Notes under the pieces: generated by a model | The model's input: only the letters and a program-made list of their open reading frames with translations | What the model was told of the DNA's origin: nothing | Database searches by the model: none | NCBI RefSeq assembly: GCF_001194135.2 | Contig: NC_068990.1 | Span: 4,845,603-4,909,602, forward strand | Length of the DNA stretch: 64,000 nucleotides | Origin: Octopus bimaculoides | Lineage: Eukaryota | Direction of reading: 5' to 3' | Part shown: piece after piece, positions 51,065-64,000 of the stretch | Numbering within the stretch: position 1 is the first letter of the stretch | Layout: each line of letters starts with the position of its first letter | Translations under genes and position numbers: made by a program

Positions 51065-51276
51065 TGACTGACCCTCATGCTGGTGGCACGTAAAAAGCAC
51101 TCACTACACTCTTGAAGTTGTAGGTGTTAGGAAGGGCATCCAGCTGCAGAAACTTTGCCAGATTAGATTGCAGCCTGGTGCAGCCTCCTGACTTGCCAGT
51201 CGTCAGTCAAACTGTCCAACCCATGCTGTCAAACCCATGCTGTCAAACCGTCCAACCCACGATGATGATGATGATG
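51065..51276 (+). mobile_element. RTE-tail-bearing short element with (GAT)n tail
   Basis: gttaggaagggcatccagctgcagaaac...gtccaacccatgc...gatgatgatg is the reverse complement of the 19226 family. Confidence 0.8.
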
Positions 51277-52344
51277 AATCTATGGAAAGCCAATGTCCTT
51301 GCTTGCTTGCTGTCTGTTAATAACTAGAGAGGAATGATGCTGAACAGAAGGTGCAAGATATCAGAAATTAGATTAGAATATAAGAACAAACTATTTATCA
51401 AATGGAAGGAGTGTAATAGTTCTAAAAACAAAACAAAACAAAAAACTTTCAACAAACAAAATGCCTAATAGACACTCAAAACGAACAACAAATCTTCATT
51501 ATACGGGCTCTTTTCCTAGGAGCAATCTGCTGTAATTTTAGAATAACTGCAAATCCTAGAATATTTTGTATGCACTTATATATATCATTTTATTTCATGA
51601 CAGTATGCCATAAATCATAAATGTTTCAATGACATATATTAGATATTCCCAACTCTTAAGGCATTATATTTGCTAAGTTTATTATAATCCATGACAAGAT
51701 TGTTTTGTTTTCTCCTATAAGAACTAACAAAAATACTGGTCAGAAAATGTTTAGAATGTTAGAAGATACATAGAGAAGTGGATGTGATACTAGACTATCT
51801 GCCCAGTTCTTGAGTTCAAATTCATTGCAGCTAGTTCAATATGTATCTGAAGGAGATTCGTCTTTCATCTACTTAAAACTTGATATAAAATCTGTTCAAA
51901 CCTTTAGAAATCACAAGAGACTTAAGAGATATGGTACATGAGAGTTGAAATCTCCTATTAGATTGTTGATATATTTATTCATACTTTTGTTTAGGAAGAT
52001 ATAACACATAGTCTATGTTACTGGTGCCGAAATAGTTGGACGGTTTTGAATGGCAGAACTGATCAAGCATGAATATGCTTTATTTTATAATGATTTGAGA
52101 ATATTGTTGAATGGCTTGTTCTAAAGTAATCAGCAGTTTCATCTCATTGGGTACAGAAGGAGAGAATTACTAACTTATAAATTGTAATTACTATGCATTT
52201 ATTAATTATTAGTGACAGAAGCAGGATTAGTACCAAAAAGCAATCTTTATATCCAATTTAATGTAGATGTCTTCTTAGAATGTCAAATTCTGTGTTACTA
52301 GCTGTGAGATATCCTCTCACACAGGTGCATGGTGTATAAAAGCA

Positions 52345-52502
52345 TAGGCATAAATTGTAGCAGACAAGAATACTCTGTTATGGGCACTGGAATTCCCATT
52401 TCGTGTGATTTCAGAATTCCAGCACCGGAACTCTCATATCATATGATTTTAAAGTTATGGCACCCATAACAGACAAACCTCATCTGCTACGATTTATGTC
52501 TA
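52345..52502. mobile_element. ~158-bp MITE-like fold-back element flanked by TA
   Basis: TAG(G/A)CATAAAT(T/C)GTAGCAGA...CTGTTATGGG mirrored at the right end; inner inverted pair CTGGAATTC/GAATTCCAG. Confidence 0.7.
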
Positions 52503-53576
52503 CCAACGTGAAAGGGTCTCTTAAGGCTAATAATGCACTATTTGGCATTCTAACAAGATATTCACATTCAGATGGATATAAAGACTTCCCATTACATTTA
52601 TTATTGCTGAAAACAAACTGATCTTTAAGAGAAAGGAAATCCATTTTAATTTTCACAACAATGAATTTGTATACTGGTAAGAGTCATTAGAGCAAAGTGT
52701 GGCATTTCTTTCAGCTCCTTAACATCTATGTTCAAATTTCACTGAGGTTAACTTCGCCTTTTATCCTTCCAATGTTGATAAAATAAAAGAACAGTCATAT
52801 ACTGGGGGTCAATGTAATCAACTAATCCATTCTGCCTAAATTTCTAGTCATGTGCCTTTATAAGAATCAATGAATTTCTGTAAAATCTGCATCTAGCATT
52901 AAATGACAAATATCCAACATGTGCCACTAAATACTTTTTATCCCAATTTTAATTCTCATTGATATCTGTCATACTAACAAATACAATATGAATTTTGTTC
53001 AGTTTAGCTATGGCTATAAATGGTTTCAATTTGTTATTCTTAGGGAAGTGCTGTATTCAAGTTTCACTTTGTTGTGGTTACAAACATTTGTACTGTCATC
53101 ATGCTGCCTTTTAACCCTGCTAAGTTTATCATGGATTACAATAAATTTGGCAAATAAAAGATTTAATTTTAGACACTTTTGAATACTCATACAGTTGTTT
53201 TTGTGAACATCTTGATTTTTAGAAGTTTAAAATCACTTTTGTTATAGAATAAGACATTCGGTTATATAAATCCCCTTTTCATATTGTCCATGCCAATTCT
53301 ATTTCAGAGTTCCAGTGAAGAAATTCAGAACAAATTGATTTTCTAAGATTATATAATAGATAGATAGAATGTTGAATTTGTCAGGAGATATAGTATTTCC
53401 TATGAGTAATCTAGGACTAAAAATATATTATACATATTCGAGTACTTGGACTAAAAATACAAGAGACTGTATGCATGTGCGTATGCATGAGTAGATCATT
53501 AAATCCATACTTTGGTTTCACATACTATTCAAATAGGTATCTATATTCTTCAGAGAATAAGTATTAAGAATAATAG

Positions 53577-53626
<50 letters not shown>

Positions 53627-53744
53627 TTAGTACACATTAACACATGCATGCATACATGGAAAAAAAGAAATACTTGCAAGATGTTGCATGGTGATAGTAA
53701 AATCTTAGATAACTCATTCTTCGAAATCAAATATGTCTATGTGT

Positions 53745-53800
<56 letters not shown>

Positions 53801-54376
53801 GTGTGCACACAAGTAGCTAAATTTTTCATATGAAATTCACAAACAGACAGACTGAGAGAAAGATGGCTGGCTAGAATTAGATATAACTGTAGATATTACA
53901 ATTATGAATTGTAGCCCAGGAACATGTTTCTGCTAGTAAAATGTATCCTGCAGCAATTATTTCAATACCATAATTCAATTCATATCTTGGCTGATTGCAT
54001 AACTAAGTGAACTTATTCCCCTCAGTGCCTAAAGATATTTCTTCACAAACATCTACATACAATGTGTGCATTGCACATATGCATTATATAATTTTGTGAT
54101 AAAAGAATATCCAGAAGCTAAAATTACTTTTTTGTCGTTTCTAAATTGCCGAAAGTCTCTAACTATATAACAACATAAATTTCCTGAAACAGTATTATAG
54201 AAAGTGGAATTTATTGAATATTTTGAAATCTATAACTATTTTGTTATAATCTTCTAAATGTTTTGTTGTATTAAAAAAATACAAAATTTGTAAAATGTAT
54301 TGATACATAGGTTTGCTTTCATCTGTTGAGTTAATAAAAAATAATGTTGTAAACTTGAAAGGGTTGCTTTACTTAC

Positions 54377-54465
54377 CAGGATGAAAGAATCCCCAAGGCT
54401 TCAATGGAAGTGTTACTGGCATCGTTAAAGCCAGACCGCCTTATTTTAACACATGTCATGAGCTC
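54377..54465 (-). CDS. Probable internal coding exon (89 nt) of an unidentified large-intron gene: ELMTCVKIRRSGFNDASNTSIEALGILSS+TG
   Basis: Acceptor tattttatttatag|GAG, donor CTG|gtaagtaaa, a single open frame (phase 0 to phase 2), and local GC/CpG elevation against the AT-rich flanks. Confidence 0.65.
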
Positions 54466-55849
54466 CTATAAATAAAATACAAATGAAGAAAAATTTTATT
54501 TTTAATGATAACAAGCAGTTTAATGTAAACAAAATATTCATTTTAACTACAAAATAACACTATTTCAATACAATGCCATAAATTTGTAGGAGCAATTTAC
54601 ATAGTGCTTTGACTTGACTCTAGTATGTAAATGATAGTTATTGTATCACTCTCAATAAGATTGAAACAGCATTGATGCCAGCAGGATTTAAACTATGTAA
54701 AAAGACAAAAGTCACTACTTCTGAAGAATGTAGTAAACAGTGTGCTGTATGCAACATTCCTAAACTATACTAAGAATAATGTATCATGAAGTGTGACTAA
54801 GTAAATAATTATATACTGTCTTGGTGTCATTAACTATAACTCTGTTTGTTGCTGACAATCACACTTTTACCATTTCACAGCTCCCAACATTTATGCCTGG
54901 ATGTTGGCCAGTGTGTTGATTAATGAAAATTTCTTTCATCTTTCAAACTTGTACTTAAAATGTTACACTCCTACTATTTTACTTTACTGTTGTGTTCAGA
55001 ATCAAATACTGCAATATATTTATTGTTAAAGATTTGTTAGAGAGATCTAACTGCTATGTTTAGCAGGTCAAGTGACAATATAGCTACTCCTTTTCTTGAA
55101 AATATAATGTAAGAAAATGATGTCTACCAAATATTTTTGAAAACTTCATCTATATTGGAACAAATCTTCCAAAACTTTTGTTGCATTAAAAAATATTTTA
55201 ATTTTTTGCCTCATAAGAATACCATGCAGTATATACAGTATATAAGAAGTGTGCATGAGAAATATATGTATTGATGAGCAACAACAACTACACTCAAAGT
55301 AAGTCCACTTTGATTGACTGCCTTGTAGTCACTCACAGCACTGGCTGTCATGGAAGAGCAGAGTGGAAAATTAGAGGCAAAATAAATGTAACATACCCAC
55401 ACTGCTGCATAATTTATCATGTGATAAAGCTCTGAATACTTTAGTGTACTGTGTGGTTCTTAACCAGACAGAAGACTGGAATATCCAAAGTACTGAATTT
55501 GTTGGTTGTAACTAGACATTCAACTAATTACCAGTAGTTCTGCTTAGTCAGAGCTGATCTGAGGCTACACAAATAATAACTGAAACATGATCAGCCAAGA
55601 ATTTGCAACAACTAATCCAACACTGGTTTACCATTTATAATCTAGAGAATTTTCCATCCATTATGCACAACATAAAATGAAACAGTGTTAAATATCATTT
55701 ATAATCTTATAAATTTTATTCACACTTCAATTTTACAAAATTACAAAATTACAAAATTACAGTAGTTCAAAGTTTTCTTCTTTTAAACTGGATTGGTCTG
55801 AAAGAAGGTTCTGTGGCAATACCATTTGCAGATCCTCTGAGATAGGTAA

Positions 55850-56100
55850 GGTCAATATGGGTAAGACTCCTTTTACATAATGGCAAGTTGCTAGCCTCAA
55901 GAAAAACGTTCAGAACAGAATTCCAGAGTGTCAACATTCTGGGGAGGAAGAACGGGATATACCATTTCATGTGGAGTGAAGAGATATTGGTAAAATATGG
56001 GTGATCACAGTTGAGAGTAACTGAGTGGAGGTGGCACAATGCCAGTCTGCTGGGGAGCAGAGACTAATATAATTGTGGTAGAAAAAGCAGAGACAAAAGA
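55850..56100 (-). mobile_element. Degenerate CR1/L2-type LINE ORF C-terminus
   Basis: HPYFTNISSLHMKWYIPFFLPRMLTLWNSVLNVFLEASNLPLCKRSLTHIDL matches the F(F)PRTxxLWNSLP..FP...NL..FK pattern. Confidence 0.65.
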
Positions 56101-57169
56101 GCAATGTGGGCCAAAGGTGAGGTTGTAGTAATAATATAAAATGCTATAAGAAATAATAAAATGTGGGATGATTTTAAAGCCATATTATGTCCAGTAATTC
56201 TCTCAAGAAACATCAGATATTTTCAGCTTAAAGTTAGAAAGAGAAAGAAAAAAAAAATGCATAATCATCTCAAATTTGCAATTCAAATAGAGTTTAATTA
56301 ATCTATATTTTCAATAAGAACACATTATGATAAGCCAATAATAGGTTATAGTTCAAGAAAATTTTCAATAAAAGGCAGTACTGAAAGATATATTAAGAAT
56401 AATTTAAAATAATATGGATGCAAGCATGGCCAAGTAGTCAAGAAGTTTGCTTTGCAATTCTAATATCTTGAGTTCAATCCCAGAGTGATATCGTGGGCAA
56501 ATATCTTTAACTATGGTTTCAAGTAGAGCCAAACACATGAGTGAAACTGGTTTGACAAAGTTTGTGTGGAGGAAGCCCATCAAATGAAATATAGCCATAA
56601 TTCAAGGAGCTTGACTTGTCATAGAGAATGTCATGCCGATTCTTTTCTGTCTGAGAATTATGTTAAAGATACACGTGTTCTTGAGATGCTCACTCACATG
56701 ATGATTCAATGAATATGGAGTAAAATTGATTGAACTCTAGGAATAGTCATGAGTGAAAGCATAGAGATCCAATTACTCTGAATGCTTAATTAAGAATAAT
56801 GATATTTCGAGTAAATTCACATATTACCTACATATCTCATCAACATATTTCAATAACAGCTGCTTTTCATTCATATCGGCTTATACCTTTATAAGTTAAT
56901 CCAGTATTATTAATAAGTATAACTAATTGTCTCACAAACTCTATACTCTAGCGTTCATTTTCAATAAACATATAGTTTTAATAGATATATATATTTAATA
57001 AATAATATATTGAAAAAATGCTGATTCAAACTTTGCCAGATTTGAAAAATAAACTGAATAATTCATGAACAACATATTGATATTGTTCTACCGTTAAGTT
57101 ATCAACTCATTTTAGTTTATTGAAGAAGAGAATAATAATAATGCTAAACTAACAATAGTTAAACTAACA

Positions 57170-57171
<2 letters not shown>

Positions 57172-57200
<29 letters not shown>

Positions 57201-57260
57201 CGATGACGATGATGGCAACTACTACAACAACAATGATGATGATAATAATGATGATAATGT
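57172..57260. repeat. Imperfect (GAT)n/(AAC)n trinucleotide tract
   Basis: Read directly; source of the poly-M/poly-I ORFs. Confidence 0.95.
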
Positions 57261-58439
57261 ATATGCTGCAACTGATATCTGCTAACATTAATCTCTCATT
57301 CAATAAAAATGAACCAATAGAATATAGATATAAAACAAAAGAAATAACAGTGAATATATTTCCATTAATGTGCAATATAAACTATTAATGTTTAATCAAA
57401 TATCTGCCGTCAATGCAAACAAAGATTATATGTCAACAGATATACTTTCACTATATTAACCATAACCAGTGTCTAATGTTAGTCGGCCTATATCTAGTAT
57501 CTGAAGTTACATTGATCTAGTAAATAATAATAAATTACATTACTGAGTCAATAAGGAAATATTACATTAACAGGAGATAACTCTTGGCCCCAGAATTGTT
57601 AAATGCAATGATGTAAATCAGAAGTCAAACATGGATACTATTTGGTTGTTTAATCATTTACTATAAAAGTGAAACCTAGTTGTCTAATATGTTTTGTCGA
57701 GCAGGTATGTTATATAGATACATATTTATATATAATAATATACACATATTATTATATATAAATTATACATTATTACATATCATTATTTTAATGCCTAATT
57801 TTCTGTGTTTGCATTGGGCAGACCAAAGTACACTGGAGTAGATTTTTATGACCAGCTACTCTTCCTGTCACTAATACCTGTTATTTCCAAGTGAAGTAAT
57901 ATACTAACAATAGGAAGTGGAGTAATAATCTAAAAGTAATAACTCTATCAATCAACAAACAGCCTCGATATGTTTTATGAAGAAAACAAACAACAAACAA
58001 CACTGGTTGAAAGAACTTTTTGTTTACTAATATCATGCAAAATGTTTAAGAAACACAGACTTGGTTTCATGGTGCACTCCAAGCAAATGACACTGTCAGG
58101 AGGCCATTGTTTACATAGTGTTGAACACAAGGGAAATATGAACTCATGCAAACACACATACATGTGTGTGTATGCACATACATGCATCTATATGACAGTA
58201 TTCTTTCAGTTTCTGTTTACCAAATCTACTCACAATCCTTTGGTCAGCTGTGGAATTGAAATCAAAACGATATGGTTGATACATACATACATACATACAT
58301 ACATACATACATACAAACAAACAAACAAAAATACCCTATTGCTGATGTTGAAATACCAATGAAGGAGCCTAGGATCTAGGCAGACTAGCAACATCTCCAT
58401 CAATGACTTGACTATTTCCCCAATATCTGATGAAGAATG

Positions 58440-59140
58440 TTCTAGGTATCTAGAGGTGCATGAAAACATATCTTACAATGGTACCTGTAACAAAACACAT
58501 GTCACATGTTATATATCCCAGGGCTGCAATAATTACAGGTATAAACCTGAACTTGTAATCTGGATAGAGTAACTGCCGATTTCTCAATACCAATCTTGAG
58601 AAATGTTGCTCCTCAAAACCAGGAAGGAGAAAGCTAATTCAAAGACTACAGATCCAATCCATCACTGGAACTGTAAAAATCTGTAAAACTTTCCAGAAGT
58701 TTATCATTTAAACATGAGCATGTCTAGATATGCAAATATATGCATGAGAATACATACATAAGGCAAAATATACAAATCTGCACATATACATACATACATA
58801 CAAAAATACCTTGTTGTTGATGTTGAAATTCCAGTGAAGGACCCTTGAATCTAGGTTAGAAACCAGCTCTTTCTCCATTGGCAAGAAATCTTGAAATAAC
58901 ACTGAATAATGACATGCTTACATACATAAATCCATTTCCCAAGATACACTTTCAACTTCATACTTACTGCTACCGGAGCAACAAAATGCACGCCAAACTG
59001 TCTGGAACAAAGTATAGCTGAGCTTGGGTACATTGGGAGAGAAGACAAATCCTTAATCCATAGACTATAAATGATCATAGTGTCTGGGACTATGAAAATC
59101 TGCAAGACCTTCTGAAGATCTACAGGATGATGAATAAAAC
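58440..59140 (+). mobile_element. Two tandem 3' ends of a REL-endonuclease LINE (R4/Dong-related) separated by its 3' UTR
   Basis: KPELVIW (58543-58563), KLIQRLQIQSITGTVKICKTFQKFII* (stop 58711), 3' UTR 58711-58903, then LIHRL*MIIVSGTMKICKTF (59050-59115). Confidence 0.6.
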
Positions 59141-59667
59141 AAGATGCTTTCCTTCACAACCTTGCTACGAAATAGGTGTCCAGTCAAAATTCATTCTGAA
59201 TTAGAAAGAGAAATAGAACAAACACATACACACACATATGCACACACATACATATACATCATTCCATCACCATTACTATTCTGTCCTTTTCTTACTCAAC
59301 AATCCTTGATACTAATTCCCCCCTGCTGTCCTGTGCATACTCCCTCCCACTTTCTCCACCTCTACTGTATCAGAGAACTAAATCCATTTCTGTCATCATC
59401 CATTACTCTCTCTGATGCCTTTGTCCAAAGTTATTCTCCGATTCTCAATTCAGTTGTGAGGGATTTTTAGGCCTTTTAAACATGCAAGTTGCAAGACAAC
59501 ATTTCCAGTAGTAGTGATGCTACAAAAATCTATGCAATACACTCTGTAAAATGGCTAGTATTAGAAAGGCTATCCAGCTGCAGAAATCATGCCCCAAACT
59601 GAAATACTGGTGCATGACATGGTCTTCCAATGCATCGAATCCTGCCAAACTATTCAACTTATGCCAC

Positions 59668-61590
59668 TCATCATCATCATCATCATTGTTTAACGTCCAT
59701 CTTCCATGTATTATGGGGTAGGATGGTTGACAGGTCCTGGCCAGGTAGGAAAACTACCCTAGGCTACAGTGTCTGTTTTGGCAGGGTTTTTACTGGTGGA
59801 TGCCCTTTCTAACACCAACCACTCCTCAGAGTCCACTCAGTGCTATTTTTGTAGCACTAGCACAGGTGAGGTTAGTTTTGGCATCAATTTTACAGCTGGA
59901 TGCCCTTCCAAACACCAACCACGTTACAGTGTGGACCGGATGCTTTTTAACATGGCACCAACACTGGCAGGGTAACCAAGTCTTCACAAGACAAAGAATT
60001 ATGAGAGGAGCAGGGCATTTGAGGAGGGGAGCTTGTGTCAGAGGATGAAAGGTTAGAGAGTGACAAAGAGTCAGAGACAGAAGCAGGTGTCTGGCCACAA
60101 CAGAGAGGGGCATTAGAGGAGGGGATCCAATATCAAATGATAAAAGGTTAGAGTGTAAGAGAGAAATAGAGAGGCAGCAATGGGTGTATTGCTGAGGAGG
60201 TACATGGTTACCCAGTGAGAGAGAGGGGGAGGAAAGAGAGAGGGAGAGAAGAGAGAGAGGGAGAGAAGAGAGAGAGGGAGAGAAGAGAAAGAGGGAGAGA
60301 AGAGAGAGAGTGAGAAACAGGGAAAACAAAAGAAGGAGAGAGAGAGAGAGAGAGAGAAAGTGACCAGGAGAGAGAGAGAGAGAGAAAGTGACCAGGAGAG
60401 AGAGAGAGAGAGAAAGTGACCAGGAGNNNNNNNNNNNNNNNNNNNNNNNNNNNNNNNNNNNNNNNNNNNNNNNNNNNNNNNNNNNNNNNNNNNNNNNNNN
60501 NNNNNNNGAGAGAGAGAGAGAGAGAGAGAAAGTGACCAGGAGAGAGAGAGAGAGAGAAAGTGACCAGGAGAGAGAGAGAGAGAAAGTGACCAGGAGAGAG
60601 AGAGAGAGTGACCAGGAGAAAGAGAAAGAGTGACCAGGAGAAAGAGAGAGAGAGAGAGAGAGTAGGAAATAGCAAAAGTATAAGAAAGAGCAGGAGAGAG
60701 ATGGTGTAGTGCTAGGTTATACTCACAAGTAACAAGGATCTGAACATAGAACCTGGGTAGAAAAACAGGTAGTATGGGTTGGGTGTGGGGGAGCAGTAAT
60801 ACAGTGAGCAGGGCAGTGAGGGCAAGAAAGGGGATTAGAAAGCAATAATAATTTATGAAGAGGAAATGTGAGGAAGAGAAAGATGCAGTTGTAGTTTGGT
60901 TTCTTATGGTAGAGTGGGTGAAAAGTGTGTTGTTACATGTGGGTGGGACACAACTTTTCTAGTACTCAGTTTTGTGGATGGGTCTTCCCTAGAATCTCAT
61001 ATTGCCAAACGTCTCAGTCCACTGTCATTTCCTCTGTGAGCCCCAACATCCTAAGATCGGTCCTCACCACTTCGATCCCATGTCTTCCTGGGTCTCCCTC
61101 TTCCAGTTACCATCCACTTTCAGTGACAGGGACTTCTGCGTACAACTGTCTTCACTCATAAGCATCACATGTTCAAACCAACACATTCTCCTTTCCTGCA
61201 TACCACATTTAATACCTCTTATGCCTAACTTTTCTCTCAACACAGTTGTGCTTTGTTGGTCATGCATACTGATGTTACAAATCCAACAGAGCATACTACC
61301 TTCGTTCCTCTCCAACCTACACATGCCCTCTGTAGTCAGAGGCCACATCTCACTACCATGTAACATAGCCATAATCACAAACATCATACAATCTACCTTT
61401 CACTCTGAGAGAGAGTCCCTTTGCTGCCAACAGAGTTCTCTGAACTTCCTCCATCCTATTCTTATTCTAGAATCAATACTTTCAGAGTATCCACCACCGT
61501 TACTAATTTGGTCACCTAAATAGCAGAAACTATCTACTTCCTCAACAGAGCCTTCTGGGCATTTGAGAGAGTTTAAGTCCCACATGCTCT
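59668..61590 (-). mobile_element. 5'-truncated RTE-clade LINE (RT C-terminus, long CT-rich 3' UTR, (ATG)n tail)
   Basis: SLKCPEGSVEEVDSFCYLGDQISNGGG..ESIDSRIRIGWRKFREL, AMLHGSEMWPLT..MCRLERNEGSMLCWICNIS...LREKLGIRGIKCGMQERRMCWFEHV; tail at 59668-59686. Confidence 0.9.
60357..60640. repeat. Compound minisatellite (AG)n-AAAGTGACCAGG, 8 visible cores, spanning a gap
   Basis: Read directly; lies within the RTE 3' UTR. Confidence 0.9.
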
Positions 61591-62980
61591 TAGTACTTAC
61601 TGTTCAGTATTATGTGAGTAAAATAGTATATATACAAATTAATATTTGTTATTTAAAGTTTCACAGCTAAAGCCAATCAAAAAATATAAGCTGTTTATTA
61701 TTTACTCAAGGAAATGTGTATTAATGAGGGAAATAGCATCAGAATTCATGTTACACCCATGCTACTTAAAAGGTAGTCAATTTATTGATCTGAACACATT
61801 TTAATTATTGTTTTCCTCTTGGTATCATTTACATGCAACAGCTGATACATTAAGGTCAATTTACATTTTGGAAATGTGTGTGTCTGAGAGGTTCAAACCA
61901 GAAGCTAGTTGACAAGTTTTAGAATAGAATATTTACCTACAGACTAGCTTTATACAATACCCCTCTATCAATACCCTACTACCATTCATTTAGAAATATT
62001 CATACATTACATGAACACAAGTCAATTAATTAAGCTGCTAAATTGATAAAACTGCTGGCCATGAGTCTAAACCTGACCACAACAATTGTTTGGGGTTCTT
62101 GGAAAAGACAACTTAATTTACTCAGAAAATAAATAATAATGAAATTTTAAGAGATAATAAAAATGGACTCTAACAAATATAGCTGACCACAAACCAGTTG
62201 CTAAGAAATATATTAAAATTTGCAGACATGGCTTATAATTGCACTCGATAGTTACTAATCAAAGCAAACTAATAATGTTACTGGAATTCAATTTAGTTTC
62301 CTGTATTATTTCAACAAAGAATTAAGGAAATTTCATAACATCAAAGAAATCAAGAACTACATGACTGAACATTTTTTGCTTTTGCATTCTACTGTAGCAT
62401 TGTTTCCAGCATTTCTAGTGTTATGAGGCATTATTGATATAAGCATTCACTACTATCATTTCAACAGCTATAAATGTAAACATTTACTACATAACATGAT
62501 ATGTCCTCTATTATCGAAAAGACTACTGAGCGAATAGCTTCTGCTGTGATATGTGGCCTAACTGTGATAGCATTGTCCTTCCAGGTGAACTTAATATAAA
62601 AATAAAAGAAAAAAAGGCAAATAAAGGCCAAGTTGATGAAAAAGCAGAAGTAAAGTATAATGATAAATATTATGTTGATGCTACTTTAAACATGTTTACA
62701 CTGTAGACTGAAATTTCGAGAAGTGAGTATTATCTAGTATAGAGAGAGAGAGAGAGTCTATAAATTCAGTGATCATTTCGAAGGCAATCTAATGGAAATA
62801 GATAACTGAGATTGAAAATCTTGCGAAGCATAAAGATGTAGACAATGTCAAATATAAAGTCATACAGAAAGTTTGAAGCATTTCTAAACTGATGAAGAGG
62901 TTAATGGTTTATCAACTGAACCATTTCTAGTCAGCAACATTTAGTTTATAGACAGATCAATTATATATATATATATATAT

Positions 62981-63041
<61 letters not shown>

Positions 63042-64000
63042 CATACATACATACATATAATCTATCACATATTTATAAAGTACAAAATAATGATCTTAAA
63101 TGTATTTCAAGTGACATGTAAATAAAACACTTCAAAAATTGCTCTTTAACAAAATACAAACATTACATATATTCATATAGACACCACACATACATACAAT
63201 AAAGTATTATGTCCGTATATGTTGATAACCACTAAAATATTTTGTCCAAAAGTTGTGTAATAAAAGGGAAGAAAAGTAGAGTTCAAGTAAATAAGTGATG
63301 ACACGCATCAGCAAAACTAAAACTAAAGTACTCATGACACGATTATGTTTGTGAACCAAGATGAGAGGTGAGTTTAGTTGTCAAGGCCAAATCCTTCTAA
63401 GAAAAACAGAGGGAAATTCTGCCCCGAACATCAGATTTCCCTCTTTTCATAGCACACAATGTTCTCTTACACAGAATTCATAAAACTTCAGATGAAAACC
63501 TGTGTATAGGTTCAAAATGTTTTATACAACAAATATAAGTGTTATTTATGTTAATTTTGTATAAAGTTTGAAAGAGCCTCTTGAATAACATTTATATGTA
63601 ATGGAGACATCTGCTAACAAGTAAATTCAATGCCCATTAACATATTTCTATTATTAAAAATGACGACAGATAGATCTGGATATTTACTTACTTCTGGTTC
63701 CAAATCACAAATAGTTACCACAAAATATCAGTCTTTGATTACATTGACAAAATGTCTCATAAGAGAGTTTATTTATAAATTTTAAAATAATAGTTAGCAT
63801 GGTTCTAGATGTACTAATCAATGTTAGTTCGTGGGAGTTTTCTATGAGATAACTAATTGTAATTAACGGGATATAAGTGTTCAAATTAAAATGTATATTT
63901 AAACAGTTATTTCAAAAACAAGAATAAATGTTCATCATTAGATTATTTACTTGTACATTCATTTAACAGTAATCGAGCTGAGCTTTATTGCGAAGAATAA

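Larger units (their letters stand above)
2135..60507. other. Assembly gaps: 2135-2144, 4472-4845, 15038-15047, 23476-24226, 28178-28785, 34959-35039, 45320-45329, 45918-46002, 60427-60507
   Basis: N runs, mostly flanked by tandem repeats, consistent with a short-read scaffold. Confidence 0.98.
1..64000. other. Repeat-rich, AT-rich eukaryotic genomic DNA (coleoid cephalopod/Octopus-like), mostly intronic or intergenic
   Basis: No long ORFs; dense microsatellites; two recurring SINE families; RTE, R4/Dong and CR1 LINE remnants. Taxon is inferred from the repeat repertoire, not from a database match. Confidence 0.75.

Noticed and set aside
57112-57388. Poly-Met/poly-Ile ORFs
   Set aside because: Translation of a (GAT)n microsatellite.
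63408-63444. 13-bp stem-loop AGAGGGAAAT(T)CTG...CAGATTTCCCTCT
   Set aside because: Short and isolated; not distinguishable from chance or a TE remnant.

Overview
AT-rich, repeat-dense eukaryotic genomic DNA with nine N-gaps and many (TA)n/(CA)n/(GAT)n microsatellites. The tRNA-derived SINEs and the RTE, R4/Dong and CR1 LINE fragments point to a coleoid cephalopod, probably Octopus (inference). No complete gene, RNA gene, CRISPR array or prokaryotic feature is visible, and nearly all listed ORFs are microsatellite, gap or antisense-TE artefacts. The window reads as long intron(s) or intergenic DNA. It has one convincing minus-strand coding exon (54377-54465, product not recognised) and several weak exon candidates. 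Recognisable elements: three RTE ORF remnants plus RTE 3' tails, three R4/Dong-like remnants, two CR1/L2-type 3' ends, a decayed Tc1/mariner transposase, a hAT MITE with a perfect 8-bp TSD, two other MITEs and many SINEs of two families. Most worth a second look: a ~1 kb fold-back (370-bp arms) abutting a truncated CR1 LINE, a ~1.1 kb stop-depleted decayed reading frame of unknown origin (37788-38910), a SINE/LINE shared 3' tail, tandem modules in RTE 3' UTRs, and a 52-nt hairpin with a half-duplicate. I cannot confidently claim a novel biological system here.
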